Below are positions 39,096 to 48,561 of a stretch of 64,000 nt of DNA, piece by piece. Position 1 is the stretch's first letter. The number at the start of each line of letters is the position of its first letter. The DNA comes from an uncultured Candidatus Saccharibacteria bacterium (GTDB lineage Bacteria; Patescibacteriota; Saccharimonadia; CAILAD01; BJGX01): the NCBI GenBank assembly GCA_964552475.1, contig CAZKFZ010000006.1, positions 27-64,026 on the forward strand, written 5' to 3'. The notes beneath the pieces were generated by a model, which searched no databases, was not told where the DNA came from, and was given only the letters and a program-made list of their open reading frames with translations. A program made the position numbers and the translations under genes.

Positions 39096-40754
39096 TTAAT
39101 GCCTGCCTTTGGGAGTTTTGGTGGGGTTACCAAAGAACTCCAAGCCTTTGGCGTTTTTTAGTGTCTCTTTTAGTTCTTTTTGATGAGTGAGCATATAAAG
39201 CAAACTGCCTATGCGACGAGGCAATGATGCAGTATTGTTGGTAATAACTTTTTTGAGCTTGGGGTTGCCACTTAGCCCAGACATCTTTAACGCATTGTCA
39301 GTAGTATCGGCATACTGCACAGCCTCGGCAAAACCTCGGCCAATATCTTTGCCTTCTCTATTTTTGAGAATTACTGCGCCCTCATTATACTGTGCTCCAT
39401 TGGCAAAAAAGTTGGTTTGCCCTCCAGGTACTATTTGAGTCATGCTAAATCGCCGGATGTCGGCTGGCATAGTATGGTCAAAACTAAAGTGCCACTCGTT
39501 GGGGTGCCATACATTGGTGATTGGATACAGTTCAGGATTCGAACTTAGCTTGGCCTGTATCCACTTGGTAATCTTAAGATTTCCCCAAGTGTTATGCATT
39601 TCACCGTTCTCATCCATATATTTGCCAGCTACCGGTATAGTCATAGTAGGCGGTGAGTCTGGGCCAGTCTGAAAATAATAGCTGAGGTATTTTTTGCTAT
39701 GTGCAGCAAACATAGTAATTTGTCTGTCGCCATCGAATTGCGCCATGTACCAATCCCAACCAGCTGGGCCAGGAGCCGAAATATTGTTGGCAGCCCTCAA
39801 CACTTCTGATTGCGGATTACCGCTCAAAAATCCCCATTGATGATCAAACCACATTAAGCCCTTTTTGAGCTTTACTGTCTCGTCGCCATACTGCAAAGTG
39901 CTGCCGGCACTTACTTGTATATTGGGAATAGAATAATAAAGTGAGCCGGTGCCAGCCACTGATGGCATAGCGCCATCATCGCCTTGCAATAAATAATCTT
40001 TGCCGCCAGTGAGCTTGAGATCTAGCGCTATAATGAATGGTTTGTCGGTAGAACGGTCTACTCCACGAGCTTGTATAGTGAGTGGTGTAAGTTCTTTGCC
40101 GCCAGTACCAACTATGCTGTTTTTGCCCAACACATATTTGAATGGTTTGGCTTGGAATTCTATGAGTCCTGAAGTACCAGCAATAACTGTTGGGTCGGCC
40201 TGGTGATGCATATCACCGGCTTTGGATATACCTAGCTGGATTTCTACTACTTGGTTTTCGATATCGGTTAGGCCAAATTTCTTGGCTAGCTCTGGTGCCA
40301 AAATAGTTTGGCGAAAGAACATCAGCTCTACCCCATACTCTTGGCCGTCTTCAGCCCAAACGCTACCCACAAAGAAGTGCCAACCAACTTGGCTAGTAAA
40401 TTTGGGCTGGTGATCGCGCGGAAACTGCAAGTTGGCAGACTCTGGCATTTGGTCAAAAAACTGCGTGGTGTTGTTACCCAAAAATCTGGTAGAGATAATA
40501 TAGGCTTGGTGCGGTGTAAGACCATCAATAGCTTTTGATAGCTCGGTATATCTTTCTTGGTAATTTGGGTTGTGGCTTTGTTGTTTATCTAATAATAATT
40601 TAAGATAGGCACGCATGCGCTCGCCATAAGCCTCTGGTGAGTGTTTTTCTGATTGGATTTTTTCTTGAATATCTTTTGGAATTTTATTTATATCAAAATC
40701 TTCTAGCCAAAGAGAGTCGGCTATATATTGAGAGTTTGGGATATTGTTATGCAT
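39096..40754 (-). CDS. AttH/CrtC-like lipocalin-domain protein
   Basis: FPRDH..., YYSIP, WFDHQW, GWDW, EGA.....GRGFAE motifs. Confidence 0.75.
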   Translation of the reverse strand: MHNNIPNSQYIADSLWLEDFDINKIPKDIQEKIQSEKHSPEAYGERMRAYLKLLLDKQQSHNPNYQERYTELSKAIDGLTPHQAYIISTRFLGNNTTQFFDQMPESANLQFPRDHQPKFTSQVGWHFFVGSVWAEDGQEYGVELMFFRQTILAPELAKKFGLTDIENQVVEIQLGISKAGDMHHQADPTVIAGTSGLIEFQAKPFKYVLGKNSIVGTGGKELTPLTIQARGVDRSTDKPFIIALDLKLTGGKDYLLQGDDGAMPSVAGTGSLYYSIPNIQVSAGSTLQYGDETVKLKKGLMWFDHQWGFLSGNPQSEVLRAANNISAPGPAGWDWYMAQFDGDRQITMFAAHSKKYLSYYFQTGPDSPPTMTIPVAGKYMDENGEMHNTWGNLKITKWIQAKLSSNPELYPITNVWHPNEWHFSFDHTMPADIRRFSMTQIVPGGQTNFFANGAQYNEGAVILKNREGKDIGRGFAEAVQYADTTDNALKMSGLSGNPKLKKVITNNTASLPRRIGSLLYMLTHQKELKETLKNAKGLEFFGNPTKTPKGRH

Positions 40755-40804
40755 AAGAGTTATTATAGCAAACTTATGTTTTTAACAATCTCTTTTGTAT
40801 CGAA

Positions 40805-41205
40805 AAGAAAAAGAACTCAACATAATATTGAGTTCTTTTCTTGGTAGCGGGGGCAGGATGGTTCGGCTTACGCCGTACCTCCGTAAAGTGCTTGGTCAAA
40901 GCGCAAATCAATTTGCTTTTGACGCTGCGCGCTTTACTCTACCGAACCTTTGGGTTTCGAACCGCACACATTATGCAAGATAAAAGCACAACCGTAGTTG
41001 TGCTTTTATCTTGGTAGCGGGGGCAGGATAGCGGCTACGCCTTCTCCGCTCATTCGTGCTCGAAACAAGTTTCTGTGCGCGAAATCGCTACGCCGAACCA
41101 GCGACATGCCAAATAAATTTGGCGTCGCAGAACCGTATCTAGCTCAATACCAAGAAAAAGACTCAACACAAGGTTGAGTTCTTTTCTTGGTAGCGGGGGC
41201 AGGAT
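40805..41205 (-). repeat. tandem tRNA-fMet 3'-end repeats (170-176 bp units), each followed by a terminator-like hairpin
   Basis: TGGTAGCGGGGGCAGGAT at 40842-40859, 41012-41029 and 41188-41205 (the tRNA itself). Confidence 0.85.
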
Positions 41206-41262
41206 TCGAACCTGCGACCTCCAGGTTATGAGCCTGACGAGCTGCCACTGCTCTACCCCGCG
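41188..41262 (-). tRNA. initiator tRNA-fMet (CAT)
   Basis: CGCGGGG...CCCCGCT-A-CCA with C1:U72 mismatch and A11-U24. Confidence 0.95.
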
Positions 41263-41351
41263 TTGTCGTCAGACAACGATACATTGACCGTTGAAATATT
41301 GGTGATACTTGGAAATTATAGCGCAAAAACTATAATTATTCAACCCTTGCA

Positions 41352-41855
41352 GCTCCCCGACCCTTAAAAGTATCAGAAAAGAAAAGCAGTTGGCTGCTTC
41401 TGTTTTGAGGACTTGCCTGACGCTTCTTAAACTTGTTTAAGAAAGGAGTCCCGCAGAAACAGAAAAGGCAACTGGTTTTATGCTTCTATATACTTTTACG
41501 GTGTCGATAGCTTTGGTTCTTTGGCTTATCAAAGAACCGCTGTCTGCGTAGGACATAAAGTCTGTGCGAACAGCACAATAAGATAAAATTTAAATTAAAA
41601 AAGGTTTCGCTCTTTTAGGGAGCAATCTTCTTTTGTATGGTTAAACCCTTACATGGAAAACTAGATCCCGGATCTGGAGCGCTCCGCTTCCAGTCCGGGA
41701 TGACGGTGAGGGGTGTTGCTGCGGGACTCCTTCCGACTTCGTTCGGAGCGTTAGACAGTCCTCACATCTAGCAATGAGATGTATTCTATTCACGTTAGGG
41801 TAGCTCGATAGCCAGGGGGAATTAGCTTTATGATATTCGAGAGTTGAGGAGGAAA
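41352..41855. repeat. composite palindromic element 1 (two inverted GAGGAC..CCCGCAG modules plus a CGTC-type REP)
   Basis: Motif at 41407-41456 (+) and 41719-41763 (-); REP-like GTCATCCCGGA...TCCGGGATCT at 41663-41705. Confidence 0.7.
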
Positions 41856-41862
41856 GATTGTA

Positions 41863-42255
41863 TTAACCGCCAAACAAAAAGTCTCGCCATTGTTGCCAAT
41901 TGGACTTTTCGGCGTCTATTTCTTCTTGGGTTTTTAAATTAACAGCCTCGACCTGTACTGATTGTGTGCCAACACTATCTTTTTTGACAATTACCACCGA
42001 CTCACCAGGCTTTTGCATGCCCAAGTTTTCACGCGCTAACTTGTCTTGATAACTATCAGTACGATAATAAGTAATTTTGTAACCCAATTCTTCTATTTGG
42101 GATTGCATTTGGGCAATTTGAGCTTCTAGCTCTTCAGACTTAGAGCGCAACTGATAATTCTTGCCGGTTTCGTTGGTAAGAATTGCAAACATATACAAGA
42201 TGATGATGAGGCCTATCCAAAAGGCGGCTTTGGTAAAGTTGAAAACTTTTTTCAT
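41863..42255 (-). CDS. septum formation initiator (FtsB/DivIC family)
   Basis: TM, coiled coil, LARENLGMQKPGE. Confidence 0.85.
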   Translation of the reverse strand: MKKVFNFTKAAFWIGLIIILYMFAILTNETGKNYQLRSKSEELEAQIAQMQSQIEELGYKITYYRTDSYQDKLARENLGMQKPGESVVIVKKDSVGTQSVQVEAVNLKTQEEIDAEKSNWQQWRDFLFGG

Positions 42256-42442
42256 TAAACTACGCCTCTGGCTTCGCTTAATAGAAAAGATTGAAAATTA
42301 TGATGCATTTTTAATAAATGGCCTAAATAAGCGAAATGGAGATGCAGAGACTTTGTTGTACTATGAAGGATAAACGATTTATTTTTCATATGTTTATTTT
42401 ACCATAAGCTTTGATAATTATTAGTTGGAATTGAATTTACCA

Positions 42443-42951
42443 CCTCCTCTCGACTCTCGAACTACATTCGGTCCTCTTCCGGCTATCGAACTACTAACTC
42501 CTGTACTTGCCCTCACTTCTCGGCTCTCGAGTATCAGAAAACTAAATACCAACAAGTGTTTATTGTTCGAGGACTTGTCTGAAGCTTAGCGAGTCCCGCA
42601 GAACAGAAAGCTTATTGGTATTGAGTGCTTCTAGATATGAGCCCGAGTCGTAAGTTTTTGTCTCATCTCAATGCTTATCAAAAAGTGAGTTGGCCCTAAA
42701 GGGCCGAAACCTTTTTATTTATCAAATAATAAATTATTTATTTTATGCACTTCCTGTGCAGGGGTTCTTTGTATGAGCAAAGAACCAAACTCACCAACTC
42801 GAACTCACAACTTTATGGATTGCTCTGAATTTTCTAAGATGAAGCTGCGGGACTCCTTCCGTCTTCGATCGGAGCGTCAGACAAGTCCTCGCTTCTATCT
42901 TTAGAAAATATCTTCACAATCTTTCAGGTTGCTCGAGAGTCGGGGAGGAGG
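42443..42951. repeat. composite palindromic element 2
   Basis: Terminal IR CCTCCTCTCGACTCTCGA / TCGAGAGTCGGGGAGGAGG; motif at 42569-42601 (+) and 42845-42890 (-). Confidence 0.7.
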
Positions 42952-42965
42952 AAGGAAGGGACAAA

Positions 42966-44222
42966 TTAGTATTTAAAAGTGTGTTTGTGCGACGCACGCA
43001 ACGGCTTGTCTAGTTGAGTTGGCTTAGTAGCCAATCGCTCCAACCTGGTTTGTTTATGATTGTCTTCGCTCATTTGCCACAACACAATATTTACCTGGTC
43101 TTTATCAAGAGTCAGCTCTAGCCAACTCAGCTGATTAAGCGAGACATAAGTATTGGGTAAGCCCAGGTGAGCCTTGGTGGTATATATCATCTCTACCCCG
43201 CAGCCACTATTGGCAAAAAAGCCCTCACCAAAATCATTTATAACTGGGCGGTGAGTGTGGCCGGTAATAAGGCCGATGGTATTAGACTTGTTGATCTCGG
43301 ACTTAGCTTTGGTGCGGGCAGCTTCATTGTGACCTTCACCAGCATGACCACCAGGCATTGTCTTGGCCCGAGCAAGTATTTTGCGCGCAATAAGTGCAAT
43401 AGCTGTCAATATTACTGCAATACTGCTTATAACTACGAGACTGGTATAAATAATTATGCGAATTACTTCGTTGGCAGGCATACCATAATAAGCAAATGCA
43501 CCATAGCCAACTAACAATAGTAGACCAAAGATAATAACTAGCGGTACAATCAACCACCACAGACGATTGAATATTTCTCTATACATTAGTCGTGAGGCTA
43601 CAAACTTAGCAAACTTATGTGGCTCAGCCAGATGATTAATGCCATCTAGCATACTACCTTGAGTGGCTTGAGCCATAGGTAGAGCCTCTTGTACCAAGTA
43701 TTGACCAAAAGGCTTATCGTTGGGGTCGCGCGGGTCAGTAAATGCATTGTCGCTGTCTAGCATATGACCATGCTCAAATAAAATCGACCTTGTGGACTTA
43801 CCAGTTTTGATTTTTAATTGCAGCGAAAAACATATTTGCGCGTCAAACTTGTCTATTAGTATTTGTTGCTGAGTATTGTCCCAACCCAGTCTGCCGTCGT
43901 GATTACCAACTGTAAAAATAACTCCATGATGAGATTTTTGACCAAATTCTTGGAGAGCTTTGGTTAGTCTGGGGTGAGCCAATAAAGCCTTGGTGACACT
44001 AGGTTCTTTACCAGCCCACAACTCAAAGATATCACCATTGAGAACAATATTAGCCGACTTTAGCTTGGTCAGTTCGGCAATTCTTTGCCCTATCACTTTC
44101 TCAACATTATGACTAGCCTTGGTGGCCTGACCACTCAAATGGATATCACTAATAACCAAGACCGATGTTGGCAACGTAACATTGAGAGTGAGTTGGTCTT
44201 CAACTATGTTCTTTGATTGCAT
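42966..44222 (-). CDS. metallophosphoesterase with inserted TM segments
   Basis: SDIH, NGD, GNHD, EHGH, GHTH, NSG; two hydrophobic helices in the middle. Confidence 0.8.
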   Translation of the reverse strand: MQSKNIVEDQLTLNVTLPTSVLVISDIHLSGQATKASHNVEKVIGQRIAELTKLKSANIVLNGDIFELWAGKEPSVTKALLAHPRLTKALQEFGQKSHHGVIFTVGNHDGRLGWDNTQQQILIDKFDAQICFSLQLKIKTGKSTRSILFEHGHMLDSDNAFTDPRDPNDKPFGQYLVQEALPMAQATQGSMLDGINHLAEPHKFAKFVASRLMYREIFNRLWWLIVPLVIIFGLLLLVGYGAFAYYGMPANEVIRIIIYTSLVVISSIAVILTAIALIARKILARAKTMPGGHAGEGHNEAARTKAKSEINKSNTIGLITGHTHRPVINDFGEGFFANSGCGVEMIYTTKAHLGLPNTYVSLNQLSWLELTLDKDQVNIVLWQMSEDNHKQTRLERLATKPTQLDKPLRASHKHTFKY

Positions 44223-44296
44223 ATCTAGTAATGTATCAGTTATAGGCCAATAAAAAAAGCTGTAAGGTTATTAATCTTGACTCTAGCGATTATTAA

Positions 44297-46243
44297 CTAG
44301 GCTTTTTTAGCAGCTTTTCTTAATCGTCTTCTTATTTCTTCAGAATTGAGAGCATAGACCGAGCCAAGTATTAGTAAGCCCGCCAAGCCACCGCTCGCTA
44401 GATTACCTCCAGCGTTAGCCAAAGATCCGCCGCCAGGTGTAGTAGGTATTGTAACTGTTGCAGAACACCCCCCAGTTGTTTGTCCAGAGCCCGTTACGGT
44501 GGCTGTATAAGTTGTCGTGGCGGTAGGCGCTACTTCTACCTCACCCCCACCTACTGGCGTAACTGTACCTATGTCTTGGTTTATAGACATACTTGTGGCA
44601 TTTGTAGATGTCCATGTAAGAAATGAGCTTTCACCACTAGTAATAGAGGCGGGGTCGGCTGTAAGTGTACAGCTAGGACTTGCCGGAGTATCATTGACAG
44701 TAATAGTCGTCGTACTAGAGCCCTCCCCTCCAGGGCCCGTCACCTTACATGTATACACTCGCGTAGCCGCCGGCGTCACCGTAACACTACCGCTGGCTAC
44801 TGGATTGACTGACACGTCAGTGCCTGCCGTTACAGTATCTATAGTAACATCTGTGGCATCTGTGGTTGTCCAGCCTAGGGCTGAACTACCGCCTGCACCA
44901 ATGGTGCTTGGGGTGGCTGTCAGCGTACAAGTAGGTGCCGGGGTATCGGTAACCGTAACAGTAACGGCATTACAGTCAGCTGTTCCACCAGGGCCCTCTA
45001 CAGTGCCAGAATAGGTAGTGGTAACGACAGGACTCACCGATGTACTACCACTAGCTACTGGATTAACTTCGCCTATGCCGTTGTCGAGTGTAAGTGTTGT
45101 GCCATCAGTGGTTGTCCAGCCAATCGACGAGCTCCCACCACTCGCAATAGTACTCGGTGTAGCCGTCAGCGTACAGGTAGGTGCGGTGATAAAACTAGTT
45201 TGATCAGTACTCCAAAATGGGCGGTAGCTATAACTTGATAGAGCACCACTATTGAGCACGCCCGGGCCACCATCGGCAGCGGGCACATTGGCCACCAACT
45301 GTATATTGCTACCATCGGCGTCCATGGTAACAAGCTCGGTCAAATTATTACTGGGGTTGAAGCGCACCGCAACTATTTGTGTTCCATCTGGAGAATAATA
45401 GCCACCTATATAGTCATTGTTGTCGTTGGTAATGGCTGTCGCAACACCACCAGGCGTTCTAGTGGTTGTCATTAATTGATCGCCTTGGCCTGATACCTTA
45501 CTATTACAATTAAATTGATCGTTACTTGTATAGAGTAATGTTTTTCCATCATTAGGGTGAATATCGTTGAGTCGGCAAACTAAGTCTTGTGTTGAAGCAT
45601 CTGTAGTAACATCTAGCGCCGTAACTTGGTTGGGCGTAGAAGCGTCAACGCGTCTTATATTATTTTGGTTGGCAATATACACATGTGCCCCACCGGGGCC
45701 CCATACAGGGTTTTGGCTATTAGTGCCGTTAATTTGATTGGTTAAGGTAATATTGTTGCTACCATCGGCATTCATCACATGTACTTCGCGTTCGCCACCA
45801 TTATTGGTAGTGTAGACTGCAAATGCTATTTTGGAGCCATCATTGTATACCGCTGGTTCTTGCATGCTTCTAGTACCGCTACCAGAAGGGCAGGTAATTT
45901 GAGTACCAGCTGGCGTAAGGGCATTGGTAACGCTAAACATACCCACGTTGCTTAGAGTACCAGAAGTACATTGGTTGGGATAATATATATCTGTTCCGGC
46001 CGGGTTATACACCGCCGCCCATTTGTTCGAACTGACAGTACTTGGTATATTGGTGTCTTTTATATCAGTGCCGTCGGCAAATATGGAGTAGTGAGTGCTT
46101 GGTGCGGCCCAAAGAATACGGCCATTTACGCCAGGAGTTTGAGCGCGTGCAACGCCAAAAGGTGTAAGCAAAAGCGTTACACCCACAATTGTAGAGATAC
46201 TTAATCTAAATAATTTCTTGATATGATTCTGTATTTTTTTCAC
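44297..46243 (-). CDS. surface protein (TolB-like propeller, three Thr-rich Ig-like repeats, LANAG signal)
   Basis: MNADGS/SPDG repeats, three P(T/S)CTLTA repeats, LANAG-TM-RRRLRK. Confidence 0.82.
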   Translation of the reverse strand: MKKIQNHIKKLFRLSISTIVGVTLLLTPFGVARAQTPGVNGRILWAAPSTHYSIFADGTDIKDTNIPSTVSSNKWAAVYNPAGTDIYYPNQCTSGTLSNVGMFSVTNALTPAGTQITCPSGSGTRSMQEPAVYNDGSKIAFAVYTTNNGGEREVHVMNADGSNNITLTNQINGTNSQNPVWGPGGAHVYIANQNNIRRVDASTPNQVTALDVTTDASTQDLVCRLNDIHPNDGKTLLYTSNDQFNCNSKVSGQGDQLMTTTRTPGGVATAITNDNNDYIGGYYSPDGTQIVAVRFNPSNNLTELVTMDADGSNIQLVANVPAADGGPGVLNSGALSSYSYRPFWSTDQTSFITAPTCTLTATPSTIASGGSSSIGWTTTDGTTLTLDNGIGEVNPVASGSTSVSPVVTTTYSGTVEGPGGTADCNAVTVTVTDTPAPTCTLTATPSTIGAGGSSALGWTTTDATDVTIDTVTAGTDVSVNPVASGSVTVTPAATRVYTCKVTGPGGEGSSTTTITVNDTPASPSCTLTADPASITSGESSFLTWTSTNATSMSINQDIGTVTPVGGGEVEVAPTATTTYTATVTGSGQTTGGCSATVTIPTTPGGGSLANAGGNLASGGLAGLLILGSVYALNSEEIRRRLRKAAKKA

Positions 46244-46361
46244 GGTTTATTTTTGGTTTTTCTTACACCTATGTGCTTATGTTTAATTCTACTCTACACA
46301 CTATCTGAACGTCAAGTGCTTTTGCATTGAAAAGCAAGCGTAACCTGTATACTATATAAGT

Positions 46362-47591
46362 ATGGACAAATATCGGTTATTCAATGACGACATGGCTCCT
46401 CTAAGCCACAACTTATCTTCGGGTGTTTCTAGATTTATAAAACCAATAGACGAAGATAGTGAGCAGATTGAGGGTTATTTTGTATCGCAAAGTGACACCA
46501 ATCAAGTACAGATGTCGCCACAAGCTATGGAAAAAATAGCCTTATATTTTGCTGAAGAACAAGATAATATCGACTATAGCCCTAGCGAAGCATCAGCCAG
46601 AACAATTGCGCTTCAGGCCAGATTACGTGAGTCGCGCAAATCAAATCGTCACTCTGCGGTGCCTAGCTACTTCTCCCCTCCATCGGCCACTACCACTCAC
46701 CACAATAGTGGCAAAAAAAGAACCAACACCGCCAAGGCTGATTTTTTGCGCGCCAAACGTACCCATACTGCCATGCAAGACGACTACCAGCTTGCAGCTA
46801 GCTCGGCAGAGGTGGACTTAATGGTGAGTATTCCTGGGCAAGTCTATACCCCCGGTAAGTCTGGCCACGAGCAACACCTGCAGCGGCGGGCTCAAGCTAG
46901 CTATCAGCGTACGCACGGCCATAAACGCCATGCCTATGTGCCCGATACTGACGAGCGAAACCTCATTAATAAACACATCAAAAACCCTCACGCCAAAACC
47001 ATCCTTACCGCCGTGGCCACACTGACCGGGCTGTACTTAATTTTTGGCCCAATGCTACCTGGCCTGCTCAAGGTATCATCATCTGTGGTAGGAACTGGCA
47101 ATAAAAATCATGCACAAGCTGACCAGTCTGAGTCTAAGGCCATTGCCCAAAGTGGCCTCACCCCACCGGCCGAGGCCCCCAAAGAGTTGGCGGTCAATCA
47201 GGTAGGTTGGCTCAACATACCAGTTATTGGCGTTGGCGCACCCATAGTAGAGGGTAAAGACGACAATGCTATGACTTATGGCATTTGGCACCGCCCCGGC
47301 ACCGGCACCCCTCTTACAGATAGCAACACGGTTTTGGCTGGTCATAGATATCAATATGTAAACGGTCCGCGCACCTTTTATTCGCTAGACAAAGTAAAGG
47401 TGGGTGATCCTGTAGAGGTAAAATGGGGTGAGCAGACTTTTCGTTACAAGGTAGTGCGCACCTTTGTGGTAGAAAAAGACAAGATGTATATTGAAGCTCC
47501 CACTACCGTGCCACTTTTAACTATCTATACCTGTACTCCGCTCTGGACGTCTACCAATCGCTTAGTAGTGCAAGCTACACCAATTACATAA
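46362..47591 (+). CDS. sortase with long N-terminal extension
   Basis: NTVLAGHR, LTIYTCTP, RLVV.A catalytic H/C/R; internal TM anchor. Confidence 0.9.
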   Translation: MDKYRLFNDDMAPLSHNLSSGVSRFIKPIDEDSEQIEGYFVSQSDTNQVQMSPQAMEKIALYFAEEQDNIDYSPSEASARTIALQARLRESRKSNRHSAVPSYFSPPSATTTHHNSGKKRTNTAKADFLRAKRTHTAMQDDYQLAASSAEVDLMVSIPGQVYTPGKSGHEQHLQRRAQASYQRTHGHKRHAYVPDTDERNLINKHIKNPHAKTILTAVATLTGLYLIFGPMLPGLLKVSSSVVGTGNKNHAQADQSESKAIAQSGLTPPAEAPKELAVNQVGWLNIPVIGVGAPIVEGKDDNAMTYGIWHRPGTGTPLTDSNTVLAGHRYQYVNGPRTFYSLDKVKVGDPVEVKWGEQTFRYKVVRTFVVEKDKMYIEAPTTVPLLTIYTCTPLWTSTNRLVVQATPIT

Positions 47592-47603
47592 GATTTTTAG
47601 TTA

Positions 47604-47939
47604 ATGCAAGAACTCGACTCTAACCAGGCTAGGCCCAAAATACAAAAGTTTGTGCCGCACAAATCTCTACAAGAAATACGCGAACAAGAATCGCCTTATC
47701 ATAGCTATGTAGATTTTGAAGGCAGCGAGATAATATCGCCCAACCAAATGCAATTGGTCTCTCCAGACAAGCTCCCTGCAGGCAACGTAACACCTTCGGC
47801 TACTCAAACTGCATATTTACAGGCAAGGGTAAATCAAGCTCGCCGGTTGCACCCACCCGAGCCAGACCAAACAGTAGTAGACCCAGTGGGTGTTACCGCT
47901 CAAATTCAAGCCAAGATAGACGCTCAAAAGAAAAAATAA
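47604..47939 (+). CDS. hypothetical protein
   Basis: 111-aa ORF 12 bp after the sortase gene; hairpin follows. Confidence 0.55.
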   Translation: MQELDSNQARPKIQKFVPHKSLQEIREQESPYHSYVDFEGSEIISPNQMQLVSPDKLPAGNVTPSATQTAYLQARVNQARRLHPPEPDQTVVDPVGVTAQIQAKIDAQKKK

Positions 47940-47986
47940 AAAGCGGCTTAATGTTATTTAAACCGCTTGAGTTTGCTATTTAGTAG

Positions 47987-48331
47987 TTACCACCTAGATG
48001 CTTGACGTTGCCTCTGGGCAATAATTTCGGGATGTCGACTTTCCATATGCACGGCCTGAGATCTTAGGTCGTCTTTTGCCAGCGATACCCCACAACCAGG
48101 TGCTGGGCAGGCAATAGTGCTGGGGTCTTGTTGTGTTACACTTTCTACCCTCTCGCCCAAAGCTTGTTTAATGAGCTCATGATCGCGAGTTGCAGTTGCG
48201 CTATGTCCTTCCCAGCATTGTAGTTTTACCACCGCTGGATCGTCGGTTTCTTCAATGCAAATATAGTTGCCGCCACAATTGCCACAATTGATTGGCCCAT
48301 ATGTGTAACCTTGCAAGACAGCCAAGGCCAT
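47987..48331 (-). CDS. zinc-finger hypothetical protein
   Basis: CxxC..CxxxH and C-x4-C..HxxxxH; SD AAGGAG (true start may be TTG 48325). Confidence 0.65.
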   Translation of the reverse strand: MALAVLQGYTYGPINCGNCGGNYICIEETDDPAVVKLQCWEGHSATATRDHELIKQALGERVESVTQQDPSTIACPAPGCGVSLAKDDLRSQAVHMESRHPEIIAQRQRQASRW

Positions 48332-48561
48332 CTCCTTTGTCTAGTTACTATTACTTAAAGAATCATACTACTTCTCAAGACATTTACAAGCATAACAAAA
48401 AACAACTTTTAAGGTCTGTTATTAATATAGTGCGTCTGTCGGCTGATATTTGGAATCAAATCAAGAAAGACTTGGTTGAATTTTTGTAGTTGGTGGAGTA
48501 ACAGAGTATTAGTTACAATTGTGATTTATTTGAACTTGGTATTTAAAAAAGCATCTTAGGG

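Noticed and set aside
40842-41205. CRISPR array or intact prophage att sites
   Set aside because: The repeat is the tRNA 3' end, spacing is about 170 bp with mutually related inserts, and there are no cas or integrase genes.
41407-41460. Hammerhead ribozyme (CUGA...GAAAC)
   Set aside because: The core lacks CUGANGA, and GAAA is not conserved in the other three copies.
44450-45203. DGR template/variable repeats; antisense ORFs 44517-45014 and 45018-45203
   Set aside because: These are in-frame Thr-rich domain repeats, there is no reverse transcriptase, and the antisense ORFs are shadows of the surface-protein gene.
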